From assembly GCA_043228905.1 (NCBI GenBank), contig JBHGNT010000009.1:16182001-16246000 (forward strand): a stretch of DNA of 64,000 nt. Reading direction: 5' to 3'. This DNA is from Azolla caroliniana (taxonomy: Eukaryota; Plantae; Polypodiophyta). Position 1 is the first letter of the stretch, and each line of letters opens with the position of its first letter. A program made the translations under genes and the position numbers. Positions 23,373 to 33,427 of the stretch are shown here, piece by piece. Under the pieces are notes generated by a model. That model ran no database searches, was not told the DNA's origin, and worked only from the letters and a program-made list of their open reading frames with translations.

Positions 23373-25876
23373 CAAAATAGGGATAAGATGAAGAAGCTTT
23401 ATACCCTAATGGTCTATCTCTAACGACAAAATTGCGACCCTCTCAATGGTGACCCCTCACCCCCTTTTATAGTAGAATGGGGTGAGTCTCATTACAAAAG
23501 GAGAGGCCAAATATTCCACTCTTTTCAAAGGGGAATATTTGCTTTGATCTTAGGAGGAGAGATTGATGGGGCCTTAACTCCCTCTCACCTCATTTTCACA
23601 CACACCACCATGCCCTCTACTTATTACACCCTTACTCCCATGCACTCCCCTTAGTCATGTGCATGTGCACCTAAGTGCACATCACATTTACACATCATGA
23701 ACTTTGTGGTGTACCTTAGCACCTTACATTTCACTCTTCCCTTTACATTTGTTTTCTTATTCTCATTTACAATTACTAAGTGCATGTGCAATGTTGCACA
23801 TCCCCATTTTATTTGTCCCACGTGATTTTCTCACCATAGCCGAAAATCCTCATGACACCGTGCTCACAGCTTTTGGCCTTTCTGTTGTCCCTGCCTCCAC
23901 CGTTGAGCAAGGAATCGATGTATCGTCCTTTCCCGGACCCGATCCTTCCCCATGCTGCTCATATTCGCGTCACCTCGACCGGCGCTGGAGGGTTTCTTTT
24001 TCTTTTTCTTCCTCTTCCTCCTCTTCCTCCTCTTCCACAATTTCTTGGTGGGCCTTCAGGACCAGTTCCAGTTGTTCCCTATAATGTCGATGCAGCTTTA
24101 TCTTAATCGGTTTCGCCGTTTTCTTCGGAACTTTCGCCACCATCACTTCTCTTCGGGGCTCTAGAACTACTTCTGTCCATCGGGACGTTTCTCCTGTTGT
24201 CCATCTAGGGGGTATGTTTGGCCAGGAGTTGTTGTCGTTTTGATGGCTTGTTCTGCGTGGTCTCTTGTCAGGCTCGTTTCTTCGACTTGATGGCGTGTCT
24301 TGGTGGTAGTAGCACTGTAAGCCATTGTGCTAATCCAAACCAAGCTTTCTTGTTGGCCATCATGGCCGCAATCGTCGTTCCTAAGGAGTCGGCCACTATT
24401 ACCGACCAGTTCACTTTGAAGCCTTTGAATGTTGTGATAATGAATCCGGCCCTATTTTTGGGCATGGCAAGTGGTCGGGGATGAACAAATCCGTACTCGA
24501 ACAACACCCGAGCCACTTCCGGAACAGGGGTTTTTCACCGCCTTGTGTCCAGTACACCTTGCTTGTGATCGAGAACTCCCCAAAGTATTTTGTCAGTATT
24601 TCGGTGGAGTTCTCGATGGAGTACAGGCCTCCGGAAGATAGTTTGATGAACGCCTACATTGTGCCTTTGGAGAGTTCATCCAAATCGATCGTAGCCACGA
24701 CCTTCCCTAGTTCTTCATGCAGTGGTGCTTCTGCTACCCGGAGAAGTCCTTCGGGGCCGTGCTTGATGACCCAGTCCTTTTGCTTCTTTTGAGAGCGCCA
24801 TGGGTTCTATGCTTTCTTTGTCTAGGTCGTTCCGGTGGTTGAATGCCTGTGTTTTTCCGGAAGTCTATGCGTTGTGTGCTCGTAAGATCTTTCTTTCGTG
24901 AAATGAAACTCCCTCGTGTGTCCGGAAATTTTGTATCCCTATCGTTCACATCCGCCTCTTCTTAATTCCCGTGCATGCACGTCGTGTACCATAATAGTAT
25001 GATTACGTTGCGTGGTGCGCTTTAAATAGGCTGACGTCACACCGCTTTCACTCGCCTTTTCATTATGGCCGTTCAATATCAGTCTTGAACATAGTCTTCT
25101 CTTCGTTGGTCCTCGTACCGGTCTCCGCGTTCTGATCTGTAACGGTCCTCCCTTCGGAACCGCTCCTCATCCGGTCGTCGGTCATTCCGGGGCTCAATTT
25201 GCCGAACCGGCGCTGCTTGCCGATTTAATAAATTATACTCACATCGGTCCATGATGTGTGACCGAGAGTGACACAACAAAGATTTGGTCCGCATCGTACA
25301 TTCCATAGTGGAATGACTAGGGTTGAGACATGTCCTGCACTATACGGCCTGTTGGAATCGCAGGTCCTCTCTTGGCAGTGCGTGTTGTAATGCCCCCATC
25401 ACCATGTATTGTCCCTTTTGGTTCCGATCCAGTTCTAGAACCCTGTCAATGACTTCGTTCGGAAATCTAGCACTGTTAGCATCGTTCGGAGTGGCTCCCT
25501 GAGTGCGGCCAAAAAGATTGCCTTCGCTTCGTCCTCCAGGGTGCCCTTGTGAGTTGGCTATGCAATGTCAGAAACCGGATTATAAATTCCCGAACAGTTT
25601 CATTGGCTTCCTGGTATGTCGTATAGAACTGTCCGACGAGTTCCCTCTGTGCCACTTGTCGATGAAACAGTCTCAGAAACTTTTCCCGCAAGGCTTGAAA
25701 TGTGGCGAAGCTCCCGAAAGGTGCTTTGTGTGCCACCATGCCACCGGTCCTTCTAGTGACAAGCTAAATTCCGTTATCTTCAACCATTCGGCTTCCTCTT
25801 CAATTAGTCGCTACGAAACACGATTTGCTTCCCATGTCTACAAGAAGGCATATACGTGCGCTTCCGCATCAAGACA

Positions 25877-26137
25877 GAAACATCGTCAATTGTTGATGGA
25901 TACAAAATCCACATTCACTAATGTAAGGATAGTATTGATTGCGATATAGGTCTGAATACCACTGAGAATGGAAGTAAGGAGACTACTATCATAGAGAGAA
26001 AGGTTGTAGACTATTTCAATGTTCATACCAAGCACATCAGCAATGAAGACAAGAAGGTAGTACTTTATGGAATATTAAATGATCCATCGATAAAGGAGTT
26101 AGTTGATTGTGATGGTCTTAATGCAAACATAACATCA
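25877..26137 (+). repeat. Partial duplicate of the transposase-like segment at ~27819-28079
   Basis: Direct similarity from GAAACATCGTCAATTGTT to CTTAATGCAAACATAACATC is present at both loci. Confidence 0.85.
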
Positions 26138-26655
26138 TAATATGACCATAGCTAACTAGCTACTGGTCATAACTAATTTAGCTATTATTAGCTACCACAA
26201 TAGCTAATTAACTACCTCAGAATATGACCATAGCTAACTAGCTATTGGTAATAGCTAAATAGCGATTGCCAATAGCTAATTTAGCTATTATCAGCTAATT
26301 AGCTACCACAATAGCTAATTAGCTATCTCAGAATATGACCATAGCTAACTAACTACTGGTAATAGCTAAATAACTATTGTCAATAGTAAACTGAGCTATT
26401 ATAAGTCAAGTAGCTACCACAATAGCTAATTAGCTATCTCAGAATATGATCATAGCTAATTAGCTATCTCATAATATGATCATAGCTAACTAGCTACTGG
26501 TAATGGCTAAATAGCTACTCTTAATAGCTAATTAGCTACACTTAATAGCTAATTAGCTACTCTTAATAGCTAATTAGCTACTGGCAATAACTAACTAGGT
26601 ATTATCAACTAATTAGTTGTAACCGTCACTAATTAGCATCAGAATATGACCATAG
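26137..26655. repeat. TAGCTAATTAGCTA palindromic minisatellite array 1
   Basis: A 14-bp palindrome recurs roughly every 20 bp, with a higher-order unit of ~110 bp marked by AGAATATGACCA. Confidence 0.9.
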
Positions 26656-26894
26656 GGTGAAAGCATGCGAGTGGAAACAATTATCTATGCAAAACGCTAC
26701 CAGTGATAAATAGTCATTTTTGCACCATGAATGAAAACATTAGAATGTTTTAATTATATAAATGAGCACCATAAGTGTGCAACATAAATGGATATGTGCA
26801 CCATAAATTATATACCGAATTCACAAGTCCATTATGCATGATCAATTGCCACACCACGTTGTCCATCACTTTGTGACTATTCAGGCTTAGATTA

Positions 26895-27445
26895 CTACCA
26901 TTGTTCCTAAACCCTATTGAGTCCACTCCTCCATTGCCGACATTCTACACTCAGTTGCCGCCACTGTGCGGTCCAAGCATCATGTTATGGGCATGACCAT
27001 ATAATATCCCGTGGTGAAAATTTACCATAGTATTCTATATGCGTGGATAAGTGTGAGGGTTAAACGAGAGTGTAAAGAAGGGGAGGTATTTTCACCACGG
27101 GATATTATGTGGTCATGCCCATAACATATCATTTGCCATTGTTCGATCTGACGGAGTTCAGTCCTCCATTGTTGCCATTCTACACTCATTTGCTACCATT
27201 GTTCACTCCTATTGAGTTCACTCCTCCATTGCCACCATTCACCTCAATTGTCGCCATTGTGTGTTCCAAGCATCATCTGCCACTTTTCAATCTAACGGAG
27301 TTCACTCCTCCATTACCACCATTCTACACTCAGTTGCCACCACTGTTCGGTCCTGGATTGTTGCCACTATTCGATCCAATAGAGTTCACTCCTCCATTGC
27401 CGCCATTCTACACTCAGTTGCCACCACTGTTCAGTCCTGTATTGC
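26895..27445 (+). repeat. Degenerate C/T-rich tandem repeat (GAGTTCACTCCTCCATTGCCGCCATTCTACACTCAGTTGCC units)
   Basis: About five degenerate copies, which translate as EFTPPLPPFYTQLPPLF repeats on the plus strand. Confidence 0.8.
26983..27126. mobile_element. 144-bp foldback (MITE-like) insertion with ~39-bp TIRs
   Basis: TGTTATGGGCATGACCATATAATATCCCGTGGTGAAAAT pairs with ATTTTCACCACGGGATATTATGTGGTCATGCCCATAACA (one mismatch). The flanks CATCA/TATCA form an imperfect 5-bp TSD, and it interrupts one unit of the surrounding repeat. Confidence 0.8.
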
Positions 27446-27801
27446 AATAATTATTCTGTCTGTTGATTATCTTGTGTATTGTTGTGTATAATCTTGTGTA
27501 TTGCGGAATAAGTTTGTGTATTGTTGTTGCCCATAGTCATCTTAGCTCGTTCCCAATGGTGGTTGAGCAGCTTTCACTCCGCTGCAATAAACATAAACTT
27601 ACCAATGGTGGGATCGCTCTTGTGAATAACCAGTTTGCATGTGGTTTAGTAACTAGCTACGTGTCTTTTTTTGTGGAAATTTACTAATGAATATGTCAAG
27701 CCAAATGGAAAGGGGAGGGTGTTTACCAATACCCCTCATGGATCATCAGGATAGGGATGACGTTATGAGGACACTATGGAAAGGGAAGTAATACGACACT
27801 A

Positions 27802-28468
27802 TTGAGCAGAAAAAAAAGGAAACATCGTCAATTGTTCAAGGATACGAAAGCCACATTCACTAAAGGTAAGGATAGCATTGGTTGTGATATAGGTCTGAAT
27901 ACCACTGAGAATGAAAGTAATGAGACTATTATCATAGAGAGAAAGGTTGTAGACTATTTCAATGTTCAGACCAAGCACATCAGCAATGAAGACAAGAAGG
28001 TAGTACTTTATGGAATATTAAATGATCCATTAATAAAGAAGTTAGTTGATTGTGGTGGTCTTAATGCAAACATAACATCTGTACTAGTAAATAATCTCCG
28101 TAATAATTTCATATCCATGAGCAGGTCAGAAGATGATCTTGTCTTAAAAAGGTCTAGTCTAATGATGTTACTTAATAGTGATGTTGACGATCATAACATT
28201 AGTGTGCTATCTAAGGTAATTGGTGTTATAGGAAAAATTGTGTACAATACAATGAACCGGATAATTTCAAGTGGTGAAGGAACATCTGCTAAAGCTAAGA
28301 ACAAGATGTAAGCCAATGACACCCATGACATCAGAAATCAAGGATATAATCACCATATTTTGGACTAATGAGAGTAGGGTTTCACCCAATAAGAAGGATT
28401 TATGCAAGAAACGTGTTGGAAGGAGTCAATACGAGGAGCATCCCATTCATCTTCTTGATGTACCTCAG
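27802..28468 (+). pseudogene. Putative DNA-transposase N-terminal fragment (possibly Sola-like)
   Basis: Frameshifted ORFs 27802-28311 and 28271-28516 contain FWTNESRVSPNKKDLCKKRVGRSQYEEHPIHLLDVPQ, followed by a GT donor at 28469. The family assignment is from memory of the motif only. Confidence 0.4.
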
Positions 28469-28509
28469 GTATTTACATTTATCTCAACTTTTGTTTTGAT
28501 TTTTAAGCT

Positions 28510-29405
28510 TAGTTAGTTAGCTAATTAGCTCCCTCAAAATATGATCATAGCTAACTAGCTACTGGTAATAGCTAAATAGTGATTGGCAATAGCTAACTTA
28601 ACTATTATCAACTAATTAGCTACCACAATAGCTAATTAGCTATCTCAGCATATGACCATATCTAATTAGCTACCACAAGAGCTAATTAGCTACCTCAGAA
28701 TACAACCATAGCTAACTAGTTACTTGTAATAGCTAAATAGCAATTAACAAAGCTAATTTAGTTATTATCAGCTAATCAGCTATCTTCGAATATGACCATA
28801 GCTAATTATCTACCACAATAACTAATTAGCCACCTCAGAATATGATCATAGCTAACTAGCTACTGGTAATAACTAAATAGCGATTGACAATAGCTAACTT
28901 AGCTATTATCAGCTAATTAGCTACCACAATAGCTAATTAGCTATCTCAAAATATGACCATAGCTAATTAGCTACTGGTAATAACTAAATAGCGATTGACA
29001 ATAGATAAATTAGCTATTATCAGCTAATTAGCTATCTCAGAATATGACCATAGCTAATTAGTTACCTCATAATATGACCATAGCTAATTAGCTACCTCAT
29101 AATATGACCATAGCTAACTAGCTATTGGTAATAGCTAAATAGCTATTGCCAATACTAAACTAAGCTATTATCAACTACCTACCACAATAGCTAATTAGCT
29201 ACCTCATAATATGACCATAGCTAACTAGCTATTAGTAATAGCTATTTAACTATTGCCAATAGTAAACTTAGCACTTATCAACTAATTAGCTATTGACAAT
29301 AGCTAATTAGTTACCTTAATAGCTAATTAGCTACTGTCAATAGCTAGTTAGCTATGTGAGGAGCTAATTAGCTATTAAGTTAGCTAATTAGCTACTCTTA
29401 ATAGC
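28510..29405. repeat. TAGCTAATTAGCTA palindromic minisatellite array 2
   Basis: Same unit as array 1, about 900 bp long. Confidence 0.9.
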
Positions 29406-29494
29406 CTCTGCCACTGAATGAATCCCTGCATAGTACAATATATCCCACGACATTCCCTTGCTTTGTCCAAGCATCTTGTACAATATATCCCTGC

Positions 29495-29936
29495 ATGAGA
29501 CATGTAGGGAGTTACATTACTTACCCACTTTCTCATCTTTGTACACATGCACACAAATGCGCATGTGTTTATACACATACTCATCCTCATACACTCATTC
29601 ATATTACACATACACATCAACCACATTATCGTCACTCCTCTTACAGCGTTACAAAAAGAGAGAGAAGAAGAAGAAGAAACAGAGCAGAGGAGAGTGAAAC
29701 AAAGAAACACACCAAAATGAGAGGGGGGAAGCTATATTACATTATGCCCCATGGGCGGGATTTATATAGTTCAAGAGGTAACTGTTACAAATAAAGAATG
29801 AGACAGTAGGGAGTTACATTACTTACCCACTTTCTCACCTTTGTACACATGCACACAAATGTGCATGTGTTCATACACATACTCATCCTCATGCACTCAT
29901 TCATAGTACAATTTACACATACACATCAACCACATT
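29495..29936. repeat. Dispersed direct repeat (~135 bp at 29495-29626 and 29798-29936)
   Basis: GTAGGGAGTTACATTACTTACCCACTTTCTCA...CATCAACCACATT occurs twice. Confidence 0.8.
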
Positions 29937-30279
29937 CCGCATGCCACAGTGTAGACAAGAGCACATGGTTAGCTACTATGATCCTACCAGCCAAGATAAA
30001 TTCATTCCTGACCTGCTGCATATTTTGTTACAAATTTTTCTTTGAATTTGTTCCAACTGTAATTTGTTTCTTTGAATTTGTCTCAAAGCTCTCGCCACTT
30101 GAGTGTCAATATTTAATAGTTGATTTGAGCTTCATCTCCTCACATTTCTTTATAGCTACATCTTTAACTACAACATCGCCCTATTATAAACTTGACATTT
30201 GGTCTCTTTTTTCCATTCGCAAATACCACACAAATCAAATCAATCTTAGTGAGGAAAATATATTGGTCAGTAGTATGGC

Positions 30280-31066
30280 TAGCAATGGGCCCGGTTCAGT
30301 TTTGGTTCGGTTCGGTTTCTTGGCCTTAAAACCAAACCAAACCATTTATTAATAATAAAAACCGAACCAAACAGTTTTAAAATTTATGAAGCCATTTAAA
30401 CCAAACCGTTTAGAGCCAAACCGTTAAGCCAAACCGTTTAAAGCATAGGAGAAACCAAACCGTTTACGAAAAATTTAAAACCAAACCAAACTAGTTTATC
30501 ATAAATCAAAACCAAACCAAACCAAACCATTTTTTATTAATATTAATCATTATACTTATTATAAATTTGTGTGAGAAAATCATCATAAATTTTGTCATCA
30601 TACTCATCATAAATTTTGTCATCATACTCATCATAAATTTTGTCATCATACTTATCATAAATTTTGTCATCATACTTATCATAAATTTGGTCATCATACT
30701 AATCATAAATTTGATCATCATACTAATTATAAATTTGATCATCATAAATTAATAAGAGACTCTACATATAATACATATAAAATTTAATAAGTTAAAATAA
30801 GAGATTAAAATTAAAAGTTGAAAGTTATAGCCTATAAAAAATATTTATGAGTATTTTTTAACCTATAAACCTATAAACCTTTAAACCGAACCACCTAAAC
30901 AGAAACCGATAAGCCGCTAAACCGCTAAACCGGTCAATTCAAAACCGAACCGAAACTGATTAGTAACATTTGAAACCAAACCAAACCAAATTGTTTATTT
31001 ATATTTGAACCTATAAACCGTTAAGCCACGGTTTTTCGGTTTGAGTTGAAATCGGGCCCATTGCTA
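30280..31066. mobile_element. Non-autonomous hAT element (MITE)
   Basis: 14-bp TIR TAGCAATGGGCCCG, perfect 8-bp TSD AGTATGGC (30272-30279 and 31067-31074) and many subterminal AAACCG/AAACCAAACC motifs. Confidence 0.92.
30580..30750. repeat. 24-bp minisatellite inside the hAT MITE
   Basis: About seven copies of ATCATAAATTTTGTCATCATACTC. Confidence 0.9.
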
Positions 31067-33063
31067 AGTATGGCTCTAAGATAAAAAAAACCTATCAAAG
31101 GAACATCTCCCCTTATCATGGTTTATGACACTTAGGGGATATGGACAACAAATATGTTTGTGTTTTTTGTGTTTGTCGATGACGTTGCGTGTGCCACAAA
31201 GACCGAGTTGTGGCCTCTCGAGTATTTGGGCCATATTTTTAAATTCAAGAAAGGATTGTTTTAAAAAGTAAGGAAAACCATTTTCATAATTGTGAATTAA
31301 TATAGGACTTATATTTAAGGCCATTTGCGTAATTGTAAGGAAGGTTATACAAACTTGAACATTGCCATTTTTATAATTAAACAAAAAAATAGGATGGGAT
31401 TTTCAAGTTATACCCGTCAAAAACAAATGATTGTTACACTCCAAGATAAATACTCTAGCCGATTATTTTTCAACTGAAAAAAGAAGTTGTTGTTAACGAT
31501 AAAAAATAAAAAAAAAAGTATGGTTGTATGATTTTTTAAGACATATACACCCAACACGCAAACGATTGATTAATGAACAAAAGAGTGCTAACAACAAAAG
31601 CGACGGACGTCGAACAACAAGCAAGCAATCAATCAAGGAAAGTGCAAATACAATTGGTACTTAGCGTTCGATCACAAAAGAAGTTTCTAGAAACTTCCAA
31701 AGGAGCCTAGAATCATCTCAACGACTCTAAAGAGGGTGGTGACTAGCCTATAAACACCACTAGGGGAAGTAGAGGGGAACCAATGAATGAAGAACGAAGA
31801 TTGTGAAACAAAAGACAAGAAGAGAAAAAAAGATTTCCCTTCAAATGAAAGCGAATAACTTATCACAAGGGTTTTTGCACTTCAACCAACGATTGAGAAT
31901 TCAAATCTCTCTCCCTACACATATATGAGAGTTGTAATTAAAGTCATCTTACATTCTCACAAGGATTACAATGTTATCATTTAAATTCTATAGATTGATG
32001 TATTTAAGTAATAGAAGTATTTATTTTATTCTTAATTTTCTTCTACATCTATTTGCCTAATCCCACACCCTGTCCCCCAACCATCTTGTTTACTTCTACC
32101 TCCCGATGAATAAAATCTCCACGATTTGACACAATGACTATGGCCTACACGACAACATGGGTTGGTTGACAGGCATTATGACATGTAAACTAACCGAACA
32201 CCTATAATTATAAAGATGGCAGATATTATACTTATTTGTACATAGATAGATAGATATATATACACACACATCCATATACAAATGAATGTGCATATACATA
32301 TACATATACATATATTAGAACGAAGAGGATTGTAGTCGACTTCATAAAGTCCAAATATTGTGAATAATATATTAGGAGTTAAGGGGCGAATAAACCTCAA
32401 TGAAGTACAACAAGAGGGTTGGTAATGGAGGACAAATTCATCTGATCATCCAACTCTACCAAGCACAAACATCCATATGTAGGAAAAGTGCAAAAGCAAA
32501 ATGTAATGCCCTTAATTATATAACAATAGAGAGAGTGTGAATTAATTGTAATCAAAGAGTGTGCTTTCTTGTAATTTGTAAATAAGTATATTATAGACCT
32601 ATGTCCTACCTCTCCCTATCTTTGTTGTGAATGCGTATTAAGTGTCCAATTAACCATGTAATTATTAAGAGATTAAGTTCTTAATTAGTTAATGAGTTGC
32701 CTAAATCATAATTTGTGTCCCAATCCAACGCATTGAGGTAACCAAAAAGTCGCTCCCTTAACCTCCGGAGACCACCCAACAATATTCCATTACCTAAGAA
32801 AGCAAAACCCAAGATATGTGGGGCATATCTTTTTTTAAAGAGCCTACCACCAAGTAGTTTCGTTTATTCTCGACAACTCATGGGATTTGGTTGAAGTCAA
32901 TGTCTTAGTGATTTGTTCTCGGTTTATTGTACCATTAATTGTATACATGTTTTGGGTTCTCTCTTTCAAAGCATGTTTTTGGGGGTAAAGGCCAATGGGG
33001 CTTTCTCTTTTAAGATGCAAACATCTAGACATCCTAATGCCAATATATAAAACACCCTAAGAG

Positions 33064-33427
33064 CTCGTTTCCTTCTGAAATGGAAAGCTTCTCCAATGTT
33101 GCAGATGGTGGATGGCAAAGCAAAGTGGATTTATTAGCCACGACGGTTGTTGTTCCCTCCAAGTGTACCTAACATATAGATGGGTGCTACCACGTGAAGA
33201 GATTGGAGGATGGCTATGCTGAATTCGGGTTATATGAGGCTCACGTTGAGGGTATGCGGCCGAGTAATTCTATGCTCAGCGGATGATGTGGTGATTAGGA
33301 GATTTTTGTTGATTCCTTTATACATGTTGTTTTCTTTTTCGCCATGCAAGTTGGCATGTAAGATATGAGTTGTATATTATCCTATGTACATTGACTTAAC
33401 TAATGGAAGTAGTTTTTTTTGGAAAAA
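33064..33427 (+). mobile_element. Short 5'-truncated LINE 3' end
   Basis: 15-bp TSD AAAACACCCTAAGAG (33049-33063 and 33428-33442) and an A tail. It encodes RFLLKWKASPM...LFPP, like the end of the LINE at 44701-46951, and has the same tail motif AACTAATG..GAAGTAG..TTTTTTTTGG(A)n. Confidence 0.85.

Larger units (their letters stand above)
17685..23857 (-). mobile_element. Solo LTR (~823 bp) split by the intact Copia
   Basis: TG at 17685 and CA at 23856-23857, with 4-bp TSD CCGT (17681-17684 and 23858-23861). It shares GGGGTTTTGGACTAGG and the TATA context with the solo LTR at 2313-3072. Confidence 0.8.
16345..25870 (-). mobile_element. Decayed Gypsy-derived element: gag followed by an accessory coiled-coil ORF, no pol seen
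   Basis: The gag remnant at 25079-25870 is homologous to the gag at 3749-4300 (FIIRFLTLHSQLTRAP vs FVIRFQRMHSQLARAP). Downstream ORF fragments lie at 24734-24949, 24268-24516, ~23860-24260 and 16463-17680 (E/K-rich coiled coil). Its own LTRs are not visible, so the boundaries are approximate. Confidence 0.65.

Noticed and set aside
27109-27450. Extensin-like proline-rich ORF
   Set aside because: Its start lies within the inserted foldback element, and it has no signal peptide or SPPPP motifs. It is best explained as a tandem repeat.
28510-29405. CRISPR-like look of palindromic repeats with spacers
   Set aside because: The linkers are short (about 6-16 bp) and themselves recur periodically. 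There are no cas genes and the context is eukaryotic, so this is a minisatellite.
30506-30752. Met/Ile-rich ORFs on both strands
   Set aside because: They are translations of a 24-bp minisatellite inside a hAT MITE.
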